64,000 nucleotides of DNA from Ministeria vibrans ATCC 50519 (GCA_943704425.1 CALSCP010000733.1:62001-126000); one strand, 5' to 3'. Positions 23,501 to 36,130 are shown, counted from the stretch's first letter. A program made the numbers and translations. Notes: generated by a model not told the origin, from the letters alone.

Positions 23501-26500
23501 CGAGATGCTCAGCCGTGATGTTACCGAGAATGATTTCACGCACTATGTGAACAGCAAGTCAACAACTGGCTTGGATGAATCTGACTTTGGGCGTCTGTGG
23601 ACGAAATTGGGTGTTGCGTTACGTGATCCTGTCTGGCTCCGGCGCATTTTCAGCATTGGTAGTGAGACGGAGGGATTTGGTGAGCTGGGCAAACTGATTG
23701 TGGGCGAGGAGAGACGTTTGACAGCGCCTGATCTGTTTGTGCTGCGGATGGGAACTGATAGTGGCAGTGGGGCTACAGAGGTGTTTTGTGACCTGCTGCG
23801 ACGACGCAAAGACATTGAGTTGTCGTACCACTCGATGGCGGAGCTACCCGTGGCCGTGTCGTTTTCATCTCAGATTCTGAAGCGATGCGAACTTGAACTG
23901 CTCGAGGCAAAGGAGAGCAAGTCGAACGTTGCCTTTCAGCTGAAGGAGCTGAAAGGGTGGTTGCTAGATGTGCTATCGTCGCCGCTTCTCACCAAGACGA
24001 TGAAAAGCTTCCTCGTCATCGTGGACCAGGGAGCCAAAGGGACATGCCTTCCCACCAATATTGCTGAGCAGGATCGCTTTGTCGCTATCATGCTTGCACG
24101 TTGCTGTCCCGTTCCGAAACTGCGCGACAGGCTGCTCTCATTTGTGGACACCGGCCGTTCCAACAAGGACCATTCACTTGAACAGACATGTACTCAACGC
24201 CGCGACTTGCGCTACGGCGTGGTGGTGTGCAATGACTTGTCGGAACAACTGCTCACGCGACCCTTGACCGCCAGTGCTGTTGTGGTGATGAACGTGAAGA
24301 ACGAGACTCCGAAGGACGACGCACTCTTCTTGCGTATTGTGAGCAAATTTGACAGCAACTTCCACATTGTCTATGTCCATGGGCTTCGCAAGGCAAGCGA
24401 TATTCTGCTCAAATGGTGCTGCGAGTACACCTATCGCTGGCCGTGGCGATTCATCTTCTTTCAGGAACTCGACATCATGTTCAACTTTCCCGAAATTCGC
24501 GACCGCATCCAGCACTTCCCGGTCGATGGACTTGACGACTCAAGACAGTCGTTTGCACTTGTGGAAGAGCACCAGTGGGTGCGGGCGCACGAGAAGCTAC
24601 CTGACGAATGTGCTGCTGCGGGAAATGATGCGCATTGTGCGCCGGCGACTGCGGGCGCTGAGGAGCGCAATGAGGACGATGAGGACGACGAAGATGATGG
24701 TGTGTGCGATGAAGATGGGGACAACGATGGCGATTTGAATTTGTTTGATTGGCAGGAAAAGGCCAAGAAACTGCTGGTGGGAGCTTCGTCGTGTGTGCTG
24801 CTGCTCACGTCGCCACCGGGGACAGGGAAAACATTTTTTGCCCGGGACCTGTTGAAGGAGGTTGACGAGAAGAAGTACAGTGAGACTGTTGTGGACGCGC
24901 GACGCTTTGACTGCAGCGACGATCGTCTGGTGGTGCAGAGTCTCTCGCACTTGCTTGACGAAGCGTTCCCGAGCCAGGGTCAGCGAGGTCTGCTGATTGC
25001 CGACGAGTTTCACTTGCTCAAACCTCACCAGAAGCGCGAGCTGTTCTCGTGGTTTACGCCACGACTGAGCACCCTACGAGTGCTGCTTATTGGCAACCGA
25101 CAGCTACGCGAAGATATTCAGCTCATCAGCGATCTGAAGAAGGAACAGGAGCCGACAAGTAAGGGGACACCACGGAGGGATGGCCGTGGTGTCGCAGACG
25201 TCGAGGCGCAATCGTGCTCCTCCAAGACCGCGCCGGGCTGTAAAGTGCGCAAACTCATTGCGACGCTTTCTCCGAAACGCATTGTGAACGTGTGCTTGAA
25301 CGAGAAGTCGTCCCTGTCGGATGACGAGAAATTTGCTCTTGAGTGGTGGTACACGTTGCTTTTGACTCTATTTGGCCCCGAGGCATTGTCATTGCGCGAT
25401 GCCTTTTACACAAGCCAAAAGGTTGCTCTGCCATTGCGAAACTCTCATACTGTCCAGTCGAACACGGCAGAGAGTCTTCGGAAGCGACTGCTTGTGAACA
25501 TGCCACTCATGAGTGCGAAGATGGCAGGAGTGCTTGCAGAGAGTTTTGTGGAGGCTGTGCGCTCGGATAACCACGATTCTCGCAGCTTGCCGTCGACCAC
25601 GCTGCTTTCGTCACTGTGTCGGGTGGCTATAAAGGTGTCGCGACCTTTGGACAAGAGCCCCCGTCTAACGTCATTTGTCGCCTTTTGTCGTACCGAGTTG
25701 ATGCAGCGCTACGATCCGGCGACGCGTGCCAAGGAATGGATCAAGAGAGTGCAGAATGAAGCGAACATTGAGGCGTCGTGTCAGATCATGCCCGCCGCAC
25801 CCAACAGCATGTGGATCGACCAGGACCCTGTGCCTGTGGTCATGGACGAATCTCATGTGCACTCGCGCCAACGTGCTGTTGTTCAGCAGGCCGGGGCTCT
25901 TGACGCTGCTAAGTCGTCGGGTGTGCACTTGGCGGTGGGTCTTGTGGAGCGCAATTTGACGCTTGAGCGACTGCGCTATCTTGTGGTGCACTCGCAGCCG
26001 GTCAACTGGGTCTACGTGCAACGCCAGTGGAACACATTCAGCCCCGTGACAGATCTGCAGGCGTACGAGGAACTGCTGCAGGCCTGCTCCAACCCAATTC
26101 TTTGTCTTCAGGCACTCGCCTGTGAGCTTCTCGACGCGTCGCCCGATATTGACCATGACCGGCGGAAGCAGGCCGAGTCACACTTTTGCATGCTGGCGGA
26201 GCGAAGTGCAGAACGCGATCGTCGGCATGGCATGGGCTTGATTGCGTCAAAGGTGTGGAAAGCGTTTTCGCTGAAGACCAAACTAAATGCTAATGAGCTG
26301 TCGGACGATGAGGCTGTGTCGGTGGAAAAGTCAGTGGGTGCGCTCGGACACAGCACTGTGCCGCAAATGTACGCAGTGTGGCGCGGCCTGGTTCTGTGCG
26401 ACCACCTGCGCGACGTTTCGGTGAGCGCAACGTCTCCGCTTGTGATTGACACACTGTTGTGGGCGAGCATCTCCGAGGACTTCAGCAATGTGTACGCTAC

Positions 26501-27077
26501 GCGGGACAAGACTGACGGTGTGGAAACAAGGGTGAAAAAGCGGATTGTGCCGTTGCTTCTCAACGTGAGTCGCTCTCTCGCAAGCTGGTGGCTTCAGAGC
26601 AAGGACACGGCTAAGAGCGACAAAGCTGCAAAGCTCTTGTGCGATCTGTGGCGTCGTGGTGTCTTCCGTCAGCTTTTGAGCACGTCGGTGGTGCACCGTT
26701 TGGACACAAGCAGTCTGCTGTGTCTCGCTCGCCATGTCACCTCGCATCTGCTGGACGGCTCGCCGTGGCTTGCCGCCACCTCCAAACTGTTGAACAGCGA
26801 CAATCAGCGTGATGAGGACAGTCTTGCTGGGTTTTGCAACGACCACGATTACCGGCGATGCATGAGAAGTGCCTCGGAGACGATGGGGACGCAGAGAGGT
26901 TTGCGCCTGGTCGCCGATCTTGCTTGCGCCTTTGTCCGTCGGCAAAGTGGTGCGAAAACTAGCTATAGCTCTGTCAAGGAATCGTTTCGAACCCTTTTGT
27001 CGGGCAAAGACTTGACTACTGTAGCGATCAACGAGGACGATCTTCAAAAGTTGCGAAGCGACCAGATTGTACCTTGA
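14598..27077 (+). CDS. Giant (~4,100 aa) P-loop/AAA+-type ATPase protein, paralogue of the divergent minus-strand gene; exons 14598-14779, 14875-15118, 15198-27077
   Basis: 3954-aa ORF extended by two in-frame 5' exons (introns in phase 2 and phase 0). Walker A SPPGTGKT 24810-24833; Walker B LLIADEFH ~24990-25013; IGNR sensor-like motif. Many colinear motif matches to the minus gene. Confidence 0.9.
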
Positions 27078-27509
27078 TGGTGACCTGAGAGAGAGAGAAT
27101 TAAACAAATTTATTAGTAATTATTTTGATTTTTTTCAGACTGACGAAATATTCTCTATATTGTACACTTTCCCTTTAACAGGTATTTAATTTAATCCTCT
27201 ATACTAATTGCTAGTAATAAATGCTTTGCGATTCATAATAATAAATTTCACTCGCACACAATCTTGATACGTATTATGTCTGAGACTATCGTTCTTTTAT
27301 CATCAGTCAGCAATGAGTGAGTCAATACGACGCTCCAGCCTCCAGTGCAACCACTTGAGTCATCAGCCTATCCACTCAGTCGACAATCGGTTCACTAATC
27401 ACTCATACCTCACTTAACTCTTCTCAATTTCACTTCTCAATCTTTTCACTCATTTCAGACTTCAGTCCATATTCAATAATCAATTTCATTTTGTGTCTGC
27501 ACCATCTCA

Positions 27510-30500
27510 ATGGAAACGCCAGACCCCGTCAGTACCGTGCGGGAGCCTGCATCGGGTTGCAGCTCGGCGCCGCCAGCCCCTCCGGCGTCGGCAGCGCCCT
27601 CAGGCGGCTGCGCGACTGTTCAAGCGGACCATGCGCGTGCCCACAGCCCCTCCGACGCCTCCCGCGCCTCCCCGCCGTCTGCATTCGAACAAGGTTTGTC
27701 CTACCCCCATGCCCGATCGTCCCATCACTCGACCACTTCACACTTTTCCTTTTCGATTTCACTTTTGTGTTCCTAATATTTTTTTTTTCTCTCTCGCTCT
27801 CTTGCTGACACTTCGACTGCGCTTGTGTCTCTGTCGCGCAGAGAACACTCCCTCGCATCCAGCGCTTTTTGAGGCTGTTGGTGATACGGCGCAGTCGAGT
27901 GACTCGTGCCCTGTGGAGACTCAAGTAGACGAGTTATCACAGCACTTGGCGTTGAGTGCGCTGGACGAAGTGGCCGACCAGATTGCGGCTGGCATTGTGG
28001 ACGACCTCCTGGACGGGCTCGGGGCTGAGGATGGGGAGGAGCAGGATGCCGACGAGATTGCGGCTGGCATTGTGGACGACCTCCTGGACGGGCTCGGGGC
28101 TGAGGATGGGGAGGAGCAGGATGATGAGGACGATGGTTTCGACGAAGATGCGGCAGCGTCTGTGCAGGATGGGGATCAGCAGGGAGCAGACGACGATGGC
28201 GAGGACGACGATGGGAGCATGCAGATTGCAAGCGAGTCTGCCGTAGCGACTCGTCTTGAACATCTTCTGAATGTGCTACCCGAATCACTGACACCCAAGA
28301 GCATTGGCGAGTTGCGCGCCGCCGGCACGTTGCCAAGCGCATGGCAGACGGTGTCAGACGAAGCACCAGGACAACTGTTCCGTGTCATTGTACAAAAGCT
28401 CGCGCGCTCGCCGGTCAAGTTTCTTAGCATTACGTCTCTCGTAAGCGAACTCAAGAGCCCCGCTGCGCCCACCGCCTTCACCGCCATGCTCAAGTGGATT
28501 TGCGAGCGCTGTCACGACACCGTCTTTCAGATTTTTGTGGACGGCATCAAAATGTACATTTCATTCAAGTGGGTCAACTGGGACTGGGAGGCGCTCTGCA
28601 CCGTCCACGATTTTGTCCGCGAGTATGTTCAACGTGCCAAACTATCTGCGATTCCATTTGCTAACATGGCCGGCGCTTGTTCGGTCGGTGCCTTTGTCAC
28701 GCAAAATGTACGCTCGCGTGGTCGCACTCGCGCCTTCTGTCAGTATTACTCCTCCGTCTTCGACGTCACCGTGTCTTCGGCTGCCCTCATTCCTCCCTTT
28801 GACACCGTCTCCCTTGCGGCCGTCAACTCCTCCTTGCTCTACGGTCCCGCCGTCAAGTCTACCGCATTGCTCTCGCCCACACAACTCGCTCATGTGGTCG
28901 CCCTGCAATACGCTCCACTCGTCGATTATGACGACTCTCACTTGCGTCACCTCACCCTGCCCGTCGTAGCACTCGTCAATGGCCTTGTCGCCGTTGAATT
29001 TCCCTCGGTAGAGGCTGTTTTGGCAGCCAACTCTTCAAACGTGGTGGCGACCAATGATGAGACGATGGAGGAAGAGAAGCAAGTGGACAAGGATGTGAAT
29101 GAGGTTGGCGAGAAGCGGGAGGTTGCGGTGGTTAAGACTGGTGGGGAGGCAAGCGAAAAGGTGGGCGAGGTTGCAGAGAAAAAAGAGGAGGGGGAGACGG
29201 ACGAAAATGTAGAAGAGGAGGGGGAGGAAAAGAGTGAAGGCGAAGAAGAAGAAGAGGAAGAAGGTTGCGCGAAAGAGTCGAGTGCTGCTCTTGAGACTGT
29301 GACGGCCGAGTCCAAGTCTGATGTTTATCCAACTGCGGAGGCAGCTGTGTTGGAAGCGACAACAACACCAGTCACAACAGCAACAGTCGACCTGGTTGCA
29401 AAAGATGCGGATGTTTCCACTAACGTAGGCCAGACTGTTGCTTGTCTTCCTGCCGCCTCCATGACGTGGGTGTACTTTCCACGCACCCTTCTTGTGGCTG
29501 GCCGCACATTTGACAATGCTGAAGAGTACGAGCATGCCATGGACGTTGTTGCTCCAGGCACGCTTGTCTCCATCACGTGTGTGCCCTTTCCACGCAAGAC
29601 GACGACCTCCACGTGGCGTGTGATTGCCGCTTCAGCCGCCGCCGCGGAGAACACGAGCGATGAATCCACTGTCAAGACGGACGTGTGCATTCCCCGATAT
29701 GTCCGCACCATTCGCCAAGCAATCTCGCAACGCAACGGCGTTCTTCACAAGAGTGCTCTCGAACCCCTTTCACAGTCGAGCGGATCGCTACGACGTGCTC
29801 TTGCCGCTGCCGGCTCGCTCGAAAAATTTCTCATTCAAAACATTGCATTCTTTTTGCCCTTGCGAAACGACCACCTCACCAACAACCCGGCGGCGCCGGG
29901 TCTCTCTAAATCCGATCGCCAATTTGTCAGCACCGCTGTGCGTGTGCCCGCATGCCAAGAAATGCGACCCAAAGTCGCCAAGAGCACTACCGTCACCGCT
30001 GCCGCTACCGCCATCGCCGCCTTTGCGACATCCAGTGCTGCAACAGCCACTACTGTCACCAATGCCTCGTTGATTCCCATGGAGCCCTCCATGATGACCG
30101 TGGCCGAAGAGGAAAAAGTGGTGTTGGCGCTCAAGGAAATTATTGGTCCTAAGGGCACCATGAAGACGCAAGTTGTCTGTGCAAGGCTTGGGACGCATCG
30201 CTTCATCAAGAATGACCTTGCTCACCTACGTCAGGGCAACATCACTTTGTTGAAGATTGCAAAGAATGTTGTTTCACGGCGCCCCTCACTTCTCCGCTTT
30301 GTCAACAAGGGTCTTGACGTGCAGTGGATTGCCTCTCCTGCCACCACCACCACCACCACCACATCCTCCTCCTCCTTATCTTCCGCTTCCGCTCCTGCTT
30401 CTGCCGCTACCACAACGACGACAGCAACACCGAGTGCGACGTCTTTCATTGCGTCGCCTGCATCACAAGCAGTGGCCGCATCCACCACACTCGCGACCGT

Positions 30501-33412
30501 CAAGCGACACGTTCGCTCCATTCTTTTGTCCAACGCCGGTCGTTTTTTCACACCTGACGAACTTTGCAGTGAGTTTTCCACCGCCTCCCGTGGTGTTGAC
30601 CTAAACGCAGTCGCCCTCGCTATGGGCTACGACTCCCTTCGCTCCTTCCTTCTCGATGGCCTTAGTGACCTCTTTGTGTACACCATGGGCGAAGACAAAC
30701 GCGCGCGCTTTTCGGCCGCCGCCTCGTTCGGTCCTGTGCCCGTCGCCGGCGGCCCCGTGCCCACCATCAAGATCGAGCCGGCCATTCGTCTAGCGGCCAT
30801 TGCCGCTCTCACCAGTGCCGGTCCGGCGGGCCTCGTGCAGTCGGATCTCATTCGTCGTTGTGAACTCCAGCGCAACACCTTTGCTAAGCTCGCCGCCAAG
30901 CACAACATTTCCATTCGCGAAGTCCTCCTGCGCTCCATGTGTGACATTATTGTTGTCAAGCAGGCGTCGCCCAACAAATGGTACTACATGCTCCGGTCTT
31001 CCGACCCCACCGCCTCCTCGGCGTCGTCGTCGACCACGTCAAATAGTGCTGCTCCCAAATCTAGCAAGGACGGCATGGCGCTGTCGCGTGACCACTTGCC
31101 CAAGGTGCCACCCGCCTACGATGTGAAATTGGTACTCGACGAGTGCGATGCGCTTGTTCCTGAGAAACACGCCGTTGCCAGCGGTGTTTGTGCCATTGCG
31201 TGTCAGCTGGCACGTCTGTCCGGCTCCGAACACGACGATGCCGAGGCGCGCATGCGCGTGTGCATGGTACAGGTGTTTGTCGAGGCAGTCGAGCCCGCTT
31301 ATCCTTTGGCGTCCTGCTACCTCTTTGACGTGGTCGACTCGACCGACCTTGGGGCGGGTCTGTCCATACCTTTGCGTTCGCTCTGTGCCAACGAGGCTGT
31401 TGTCAAGGTGTTTCACAGCGCCGTCAACGTGGCCATTCCGCTTTTCTACCAGCTCAACGTCACTTTTAAGAATGTATTCGACACGGACGCCGCCGCTCAA
31501 ATGATCCAGTCGCTGCGCAGTGCCGACGTTGTTGCAAGCACGGCTGTGTCGGTGGCGAGCGCCGACAAGTGGCGTTCGGCTGTCAGTCTCAATTGCTTGG
31601 GTGTGCCGCTGAATAGCGCCCTCGACGACTGCGGATGTGCTCAGCAGACGAGACCCGGTAGTGCTGTCGTGGCCCAAGAGTCACCAGACTTTTGGCAGAG
31701 GCAGCGTCCCCTGACGACCATCATGGTCGAGGAGGCGTGCGGCAACGCCACGTCGCTTCTTCTCCTGTATCGTCACCAGCGAGTCCTCGTGCAACAAGCT
31801 GCCCTCGAGTCGCTCTCGCTCGTCTCGCACACCCGTGCTGGTACCTTTGTATCCTCGAGTTCGACGCGCGCCAAGGCAGTCCGACGTGTGCAGCAGACGT
31901 ACTCGCAGCGCCGATTGCGCGCCTCTCGCTGGCAGTCGGTCGCGCCCTCGTCACCCGTGCCGGTGCGTCTCACGCAATGCATGCGATTTGGCTCTCGTTC
32001 GCAATTTGAGTTTCGAGCACCCGCGCCCACCGTCAACGTTCCCAAGACTGTGCCCTTTCCTCCCTCCCAACGCCCAACCATGTTTGGTGTGCCTCCTCTG
32101 AACAAGGATGTGGAATTTGAGGCGCTCCTTAATGTCCTGCCCAAGCGTGTTGAAGTTGCGTTGCGTCTTCATCGCGAACGTGTGACGCGCATTGTCTTTG
32201 ACGTGACCGACGCTCACGTGATGCACATGTGCGACGGTACAACCGTGCCTCTCACTTCGACCACGTTTGGAAGTGCTGCCGCGAGCTCGCTTGTCGTCGA
32301 CGCCGTCCAGCTGCTGCAAAACGAGTACCAGCGCACGGGCGGTGATGCCTATAGTCTTTTCGCCTCCGACGACTCCGCATGGATCCCGAAAACTCTCCAC
32401 CGTATCACCGTGACGCGCAACGACGCCGACGAGATCACTCAACTCATTTACCATGTGCGGCGCAGTGTCGCCGGCATTGCCGTGCTGCTGCAAGACCTCA
32501 TTGCCGATCTCATTGTCACGCCGGCGCATCGCGCCGCCTCCATTGCCCCCAAGGCCTTTCTGGTGCTCGGAAGTGACTTGGAAGGTATCAATTTATATTC
32601 ATAATAACATTATTATTATTATTTTTAGACTAATAATAAAAATATAATAATAATAATAATAATTATTATTATTATTTTTATTTTATCAGTAATATTCGTG
32701 ACTGACTTTTTTTTTNNNNNNNNNNTTTTTTTGCAGCGCGAAGTGATTTGCTGCGTGAAATTGGACGGGAATTGATTGAGCGTCACCACAAGAATGTGGT
32801 TGTGCTGGATGCGTACTCGTTTGTTGGCGGTCATCCCAATGTGCCGCATGCCTCAGTGCGCTCTGCTCGTCGTGTCGCCGTCAAAGACCCCAAACATCTC
32901 GTACTTTCAAACGTCTTTTCTATTGTGACGAGCACCAATCATAACATTGCTATTCTTTATTGTTTTTCTTAATGTGCTAGTCTACGGCAATTATGGACAC
33001 GGCACGCAATTTCCGAGGAGACGTGATGATTGTGGACGAGATTATGTGTGAAGCGGACGCGCGAGCTCTTGTGAGTGTGATTCAGCAGGGAGTGGCGGTG
33101 GTGGCAACGGTGGGTGTCCATAGTCTGGCACAGCTTTTGTCGGCGCCCGGGCAGGGGGTGCGTGCGCTTATTGGCGATGTGGACGTGACGGCGTCGTCGG
33201 CAAGCAAGACACTGCATCGTCTGCACACGCCCGCTGTGTCCGCGGCCGTCGAGGTGCTCGACTACAACAACTACAGGGTGCACACGGACGTGCTGCGCTC
33301 TGTCGAGGAGATTATTCAGGGCCGCGAAGTGCCCGTCCAGACACGCTGGTCTCCCTCTCCCACCGGCAACCCCTCCTACGTCCAGTTTGCAACGCCCGAC
33401 GCCGCATTATGA
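27510..33412 (+). CDS. Multidomain protein: acidic N-terminus, putative LOTUS/OST-HTH- and OB-like segments, degenerate DEDDy 3'-5' exonuclease (EXD1/Egalitarian-like), degenerate Ycf45/SpoIIIAA-type ATPase; exons 27510-27693, 27842-32584, 32737-32900, 32981-33412
   Basis: Exonuclease-like motifs YLFDV, VVKVFHS, KNVFDT, WQRQRPLT. Ycf45-like motifs LLNVLP, TLHRIT..RN, LLREIGREL, VPHASVRSARRVAV, DVMIVDEI, QGVAVVATV. Splice phases are consistent. The LOTUS/OB calls are weaker. Confidence 0.78.
27974..28123 (+). repeat. Near-perfect 75-bp in-frame tandem duplication (AD.IAAGIVDDLLDGLGAEDGEEQD x2)
   Basis: gattgcggctggcattgtggacgacctcc occurs at 27981 and 28056. Confidence 0.95.
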
Positions 33413-33535
33413 GAAAAATTGTAGTACAATTCGGATTGTGTTTATTTTTCATAAATGTGTGGTGCACTTTATTACAATTGGTTTGTCCGACGTCGCAGTA
33501 TAAGAAAGACTGTAGTAAAATTCGGACATGGTGCG

Positions 33536-35188
33536 TCAACAAGCGACACCCCACTGAGGCTTCGGGCTGGTCCAAGCAGTTGTGCCTGTGTCAAACAAGT
33601 CGGGCTTCGACGCAAAGCGGGTGACGCACCAGGCCGACAAGTCGTGGTTAAACTGCGATGCATTGGCGAGCATCTGCGTCAAATCATCACCCTACGTCCA
33701 TTTTCGTTGCAGTGGCATGCGCATCGAGTGTTCATCATACCGACCGCACGTCCCATCCGCTAATGTCACGATTAAAGCTCGCCGCTTTATAAAAGGTACT
33801 TGCAAAGGTGATCACCTACGAAGAGAAAGAGAAGAGAGGGAGTTCAGCGAGAGAGGTCGCGAGCGATACGGACAACTGACACTCTGTGTGTTCCAAGACT
33901 CAACGGATCCATTGAAGTTGGTAGCGCCAGAAAACATAGAGCCAAGATCAGTCGCCTACATGTGAATGTGTGTAATGATCTTGAGGCATACGAATGCGAG
34001 ACAGTTGTACCTGAGACATATCCCACGTGTGCAGATCGCCATTAAATTGCTCGGCATTCTCAAACATGGAGCGGAAGGAGAGTGGCCCCGCGACCGACCA
34101 CTGGTGGAGGTCGGTCTGGTTGAAGACGGCGCAGTCGCGAAAAGTAGAGTGAAAGCTTGTCACTTGCGAGACTTTCCACGAGCCGACAGGATGATTGAAT
34201 TTGCGGCAGCTACGGAATGTCGAGCGCAGTGTTGTCACCTGAATAAAGAAAAATAAATATAAATTAATAGCATGTGAAGATAAAATGAGAAATGGGTCCC
34301 TGTCCAAGTAGGCAAGTACCAAAGAGAAAGGAAGAAGACCTGGAAGACAAACAAACAAAAAAGTGTGTTAATACCTTTCGTGTGTCCCAATCTGCCAGAT
34401 TCTGATTGAAACTTTCCGAGTTTTCAAAGGTCTCCTCGAGCGAAGTAATCTAGAAAGGTAGTGCACAGACGATCAGACGAGCACATCAGCGGTGGCGTGC
34501 GTTGCACCTGCGACACATCCCACGCATTGAGGTTGCCTTCCACTCCAATGCCCGTGTGTTTGAATGAGCGGTACAGCGTCGTGACGCCTGCAAGATTGAG
34601 TCGGTCTGTCGCAAGGATGCGCATGAAGAAACACCCCCAGAAGTGCTCGCCGCCGTCCCCTAGACGAAGAGGACCCCACTGATCAACCGATATGAGCTTC
34701 AGTCGGTCTCCGCCGCTGGAGAAGCGCCATCCTTCAATGGTCCCGTTGATTCGAATGGTGTACGAATTGGGCGAAGGAAAGATGTGCAGCGATTGATTGA
34801 AGTGCGTCACGCGCACGACGGGGCTTCCGTCGCCAAAGTCCACGTCAAAGTCGTATGTGCCGTTTGCGTGCAGCGGAAGCTGGATCGAGCGCGAGTCGGA
34901 TGCGCCTGTGTTGTCCGTTGTCCACGTCGATATGAAGTGCGTTGCGTCCGGCTCTGGCGGCGTCTCCAGCGCCGCAACGCGCGCCTCAATCGCCGCAAGA
35001 CGGTTGGTGAGCGCCGACTCGGTCAACACCGCTGCGTTGTTGACGTAGAGACCCCCGGTGACGGCTACACGGCCCGCCGAGATCAGCAGATCGCCGTGCG
35101 CCGTCGACGCCACAAACGGATCGTCGTCAGCGCACGCCAACCCCAGTGTGTGTGCCACTAGAAGTACAAACACCGTTGACACGTGCAT
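33536..35188 (-). CDS. Secreted DUF285/BspA-like (bacterial surface 26-residue repeat) protein with PKD-like domain and N-terminal coiled coil, multi-exon
   Basis: Signal peptide MHVSTVFVLLVAHTLGLACA; FISTWTTDN..IQLPL..YDFDVDFGDGS; QWGPLRLG; repeats WDVSQV and FNGDLHTWDMSQV; C-terminal cap FNHDLSAWCVTRFASKPDLF..W..PKPQWGVAC*. Confidence 0.85.
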
Positions 35189-35336
35189 ATCGAACTGCAG
35201 TTGAAGAAACTAAATAAAAATTAATTAGAAAAAATAGTATTGATCAGTGAGTGAGTGTCATCGAAAGTATTCGTGATCATAAATATCATCACAGTAAAAT
35301 AATTATAGTATTTCAAAATAAACACAGTCATAGTCT

Positions 35337-36068
35337 TTACGTATCACACCCTGCAAAACTCGGCTGTGCCAAAGTCCAACTGGACGCACCGCTTGAAAAC
35401 GAATTCGGCTTCGAGCTGATGAGCGGGAAACACCAAGCGCCAAGGTCCCTATTGAACGACGTTGCATCCTGGAACATGCCAGACGCATACTCCACCGTGA
35501 CTGGGCGCCAGCTGGAGATGTCCCCGTTAAACGCATAGGCAGCATAAAACATGGACACAGTCCACTTGGCACTGCTGGGCTTCCATGCACTCAGCCCGTT
35601 ACCAACATACGCCGTTGCTCTGTTGAAGATGTTGGAGAAGTCCCGCACATTACTCACATCCCACTGGGATAAATTCCCATTGAACACCGCATTGTTATAG
35701 AATAGCTGTATCATATCAGTCGCGCTAACAGAAGGAATAGAAAGCGTGAGAGAGGCACAGACATATTAGACAGACAGATAGACAGACAGAGTGTAAGAGA
35801 TATTCGTTTGATTCTTACGCAGAGACATTCCACTGTGAGATATCGCCATCAAACAGGCTACTTGCAAACACCTGCGACATGCGCCACACGGAACGAGTGT
35901 TCCATGTGCTTACAATGGGATTGCCCGCATTGTAGAACAGCCGGTTCATGTCCAATACTAAACCAACAACAGAAACAAACACAATCATAAGATGTAATAA
36001 TAATAATAACAAGACGTAATAATAATAATAATAATAACAACAACAACAACAACAACAACAACAATAAC

Positions 36069-36130
<62 letters not shown>

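Noticed and set aside
14598-27077. Dynein heavy chain or RNF213 orthologue
   Set aside because: No dynein AAA1 GPAGTGKT/CFDEFNR signature and no RING or RZ finger recognised. Only a general analogy is supported.
27493-27841. ORF-track N-terminus (MSAPSQW...) of the 1703-aa ORF
   Set aside because: It starts at a non-ATG codon and reads through a pyrimidine-rich intron (27694-27841). ATG 27510 gives a phase-consistent exon.
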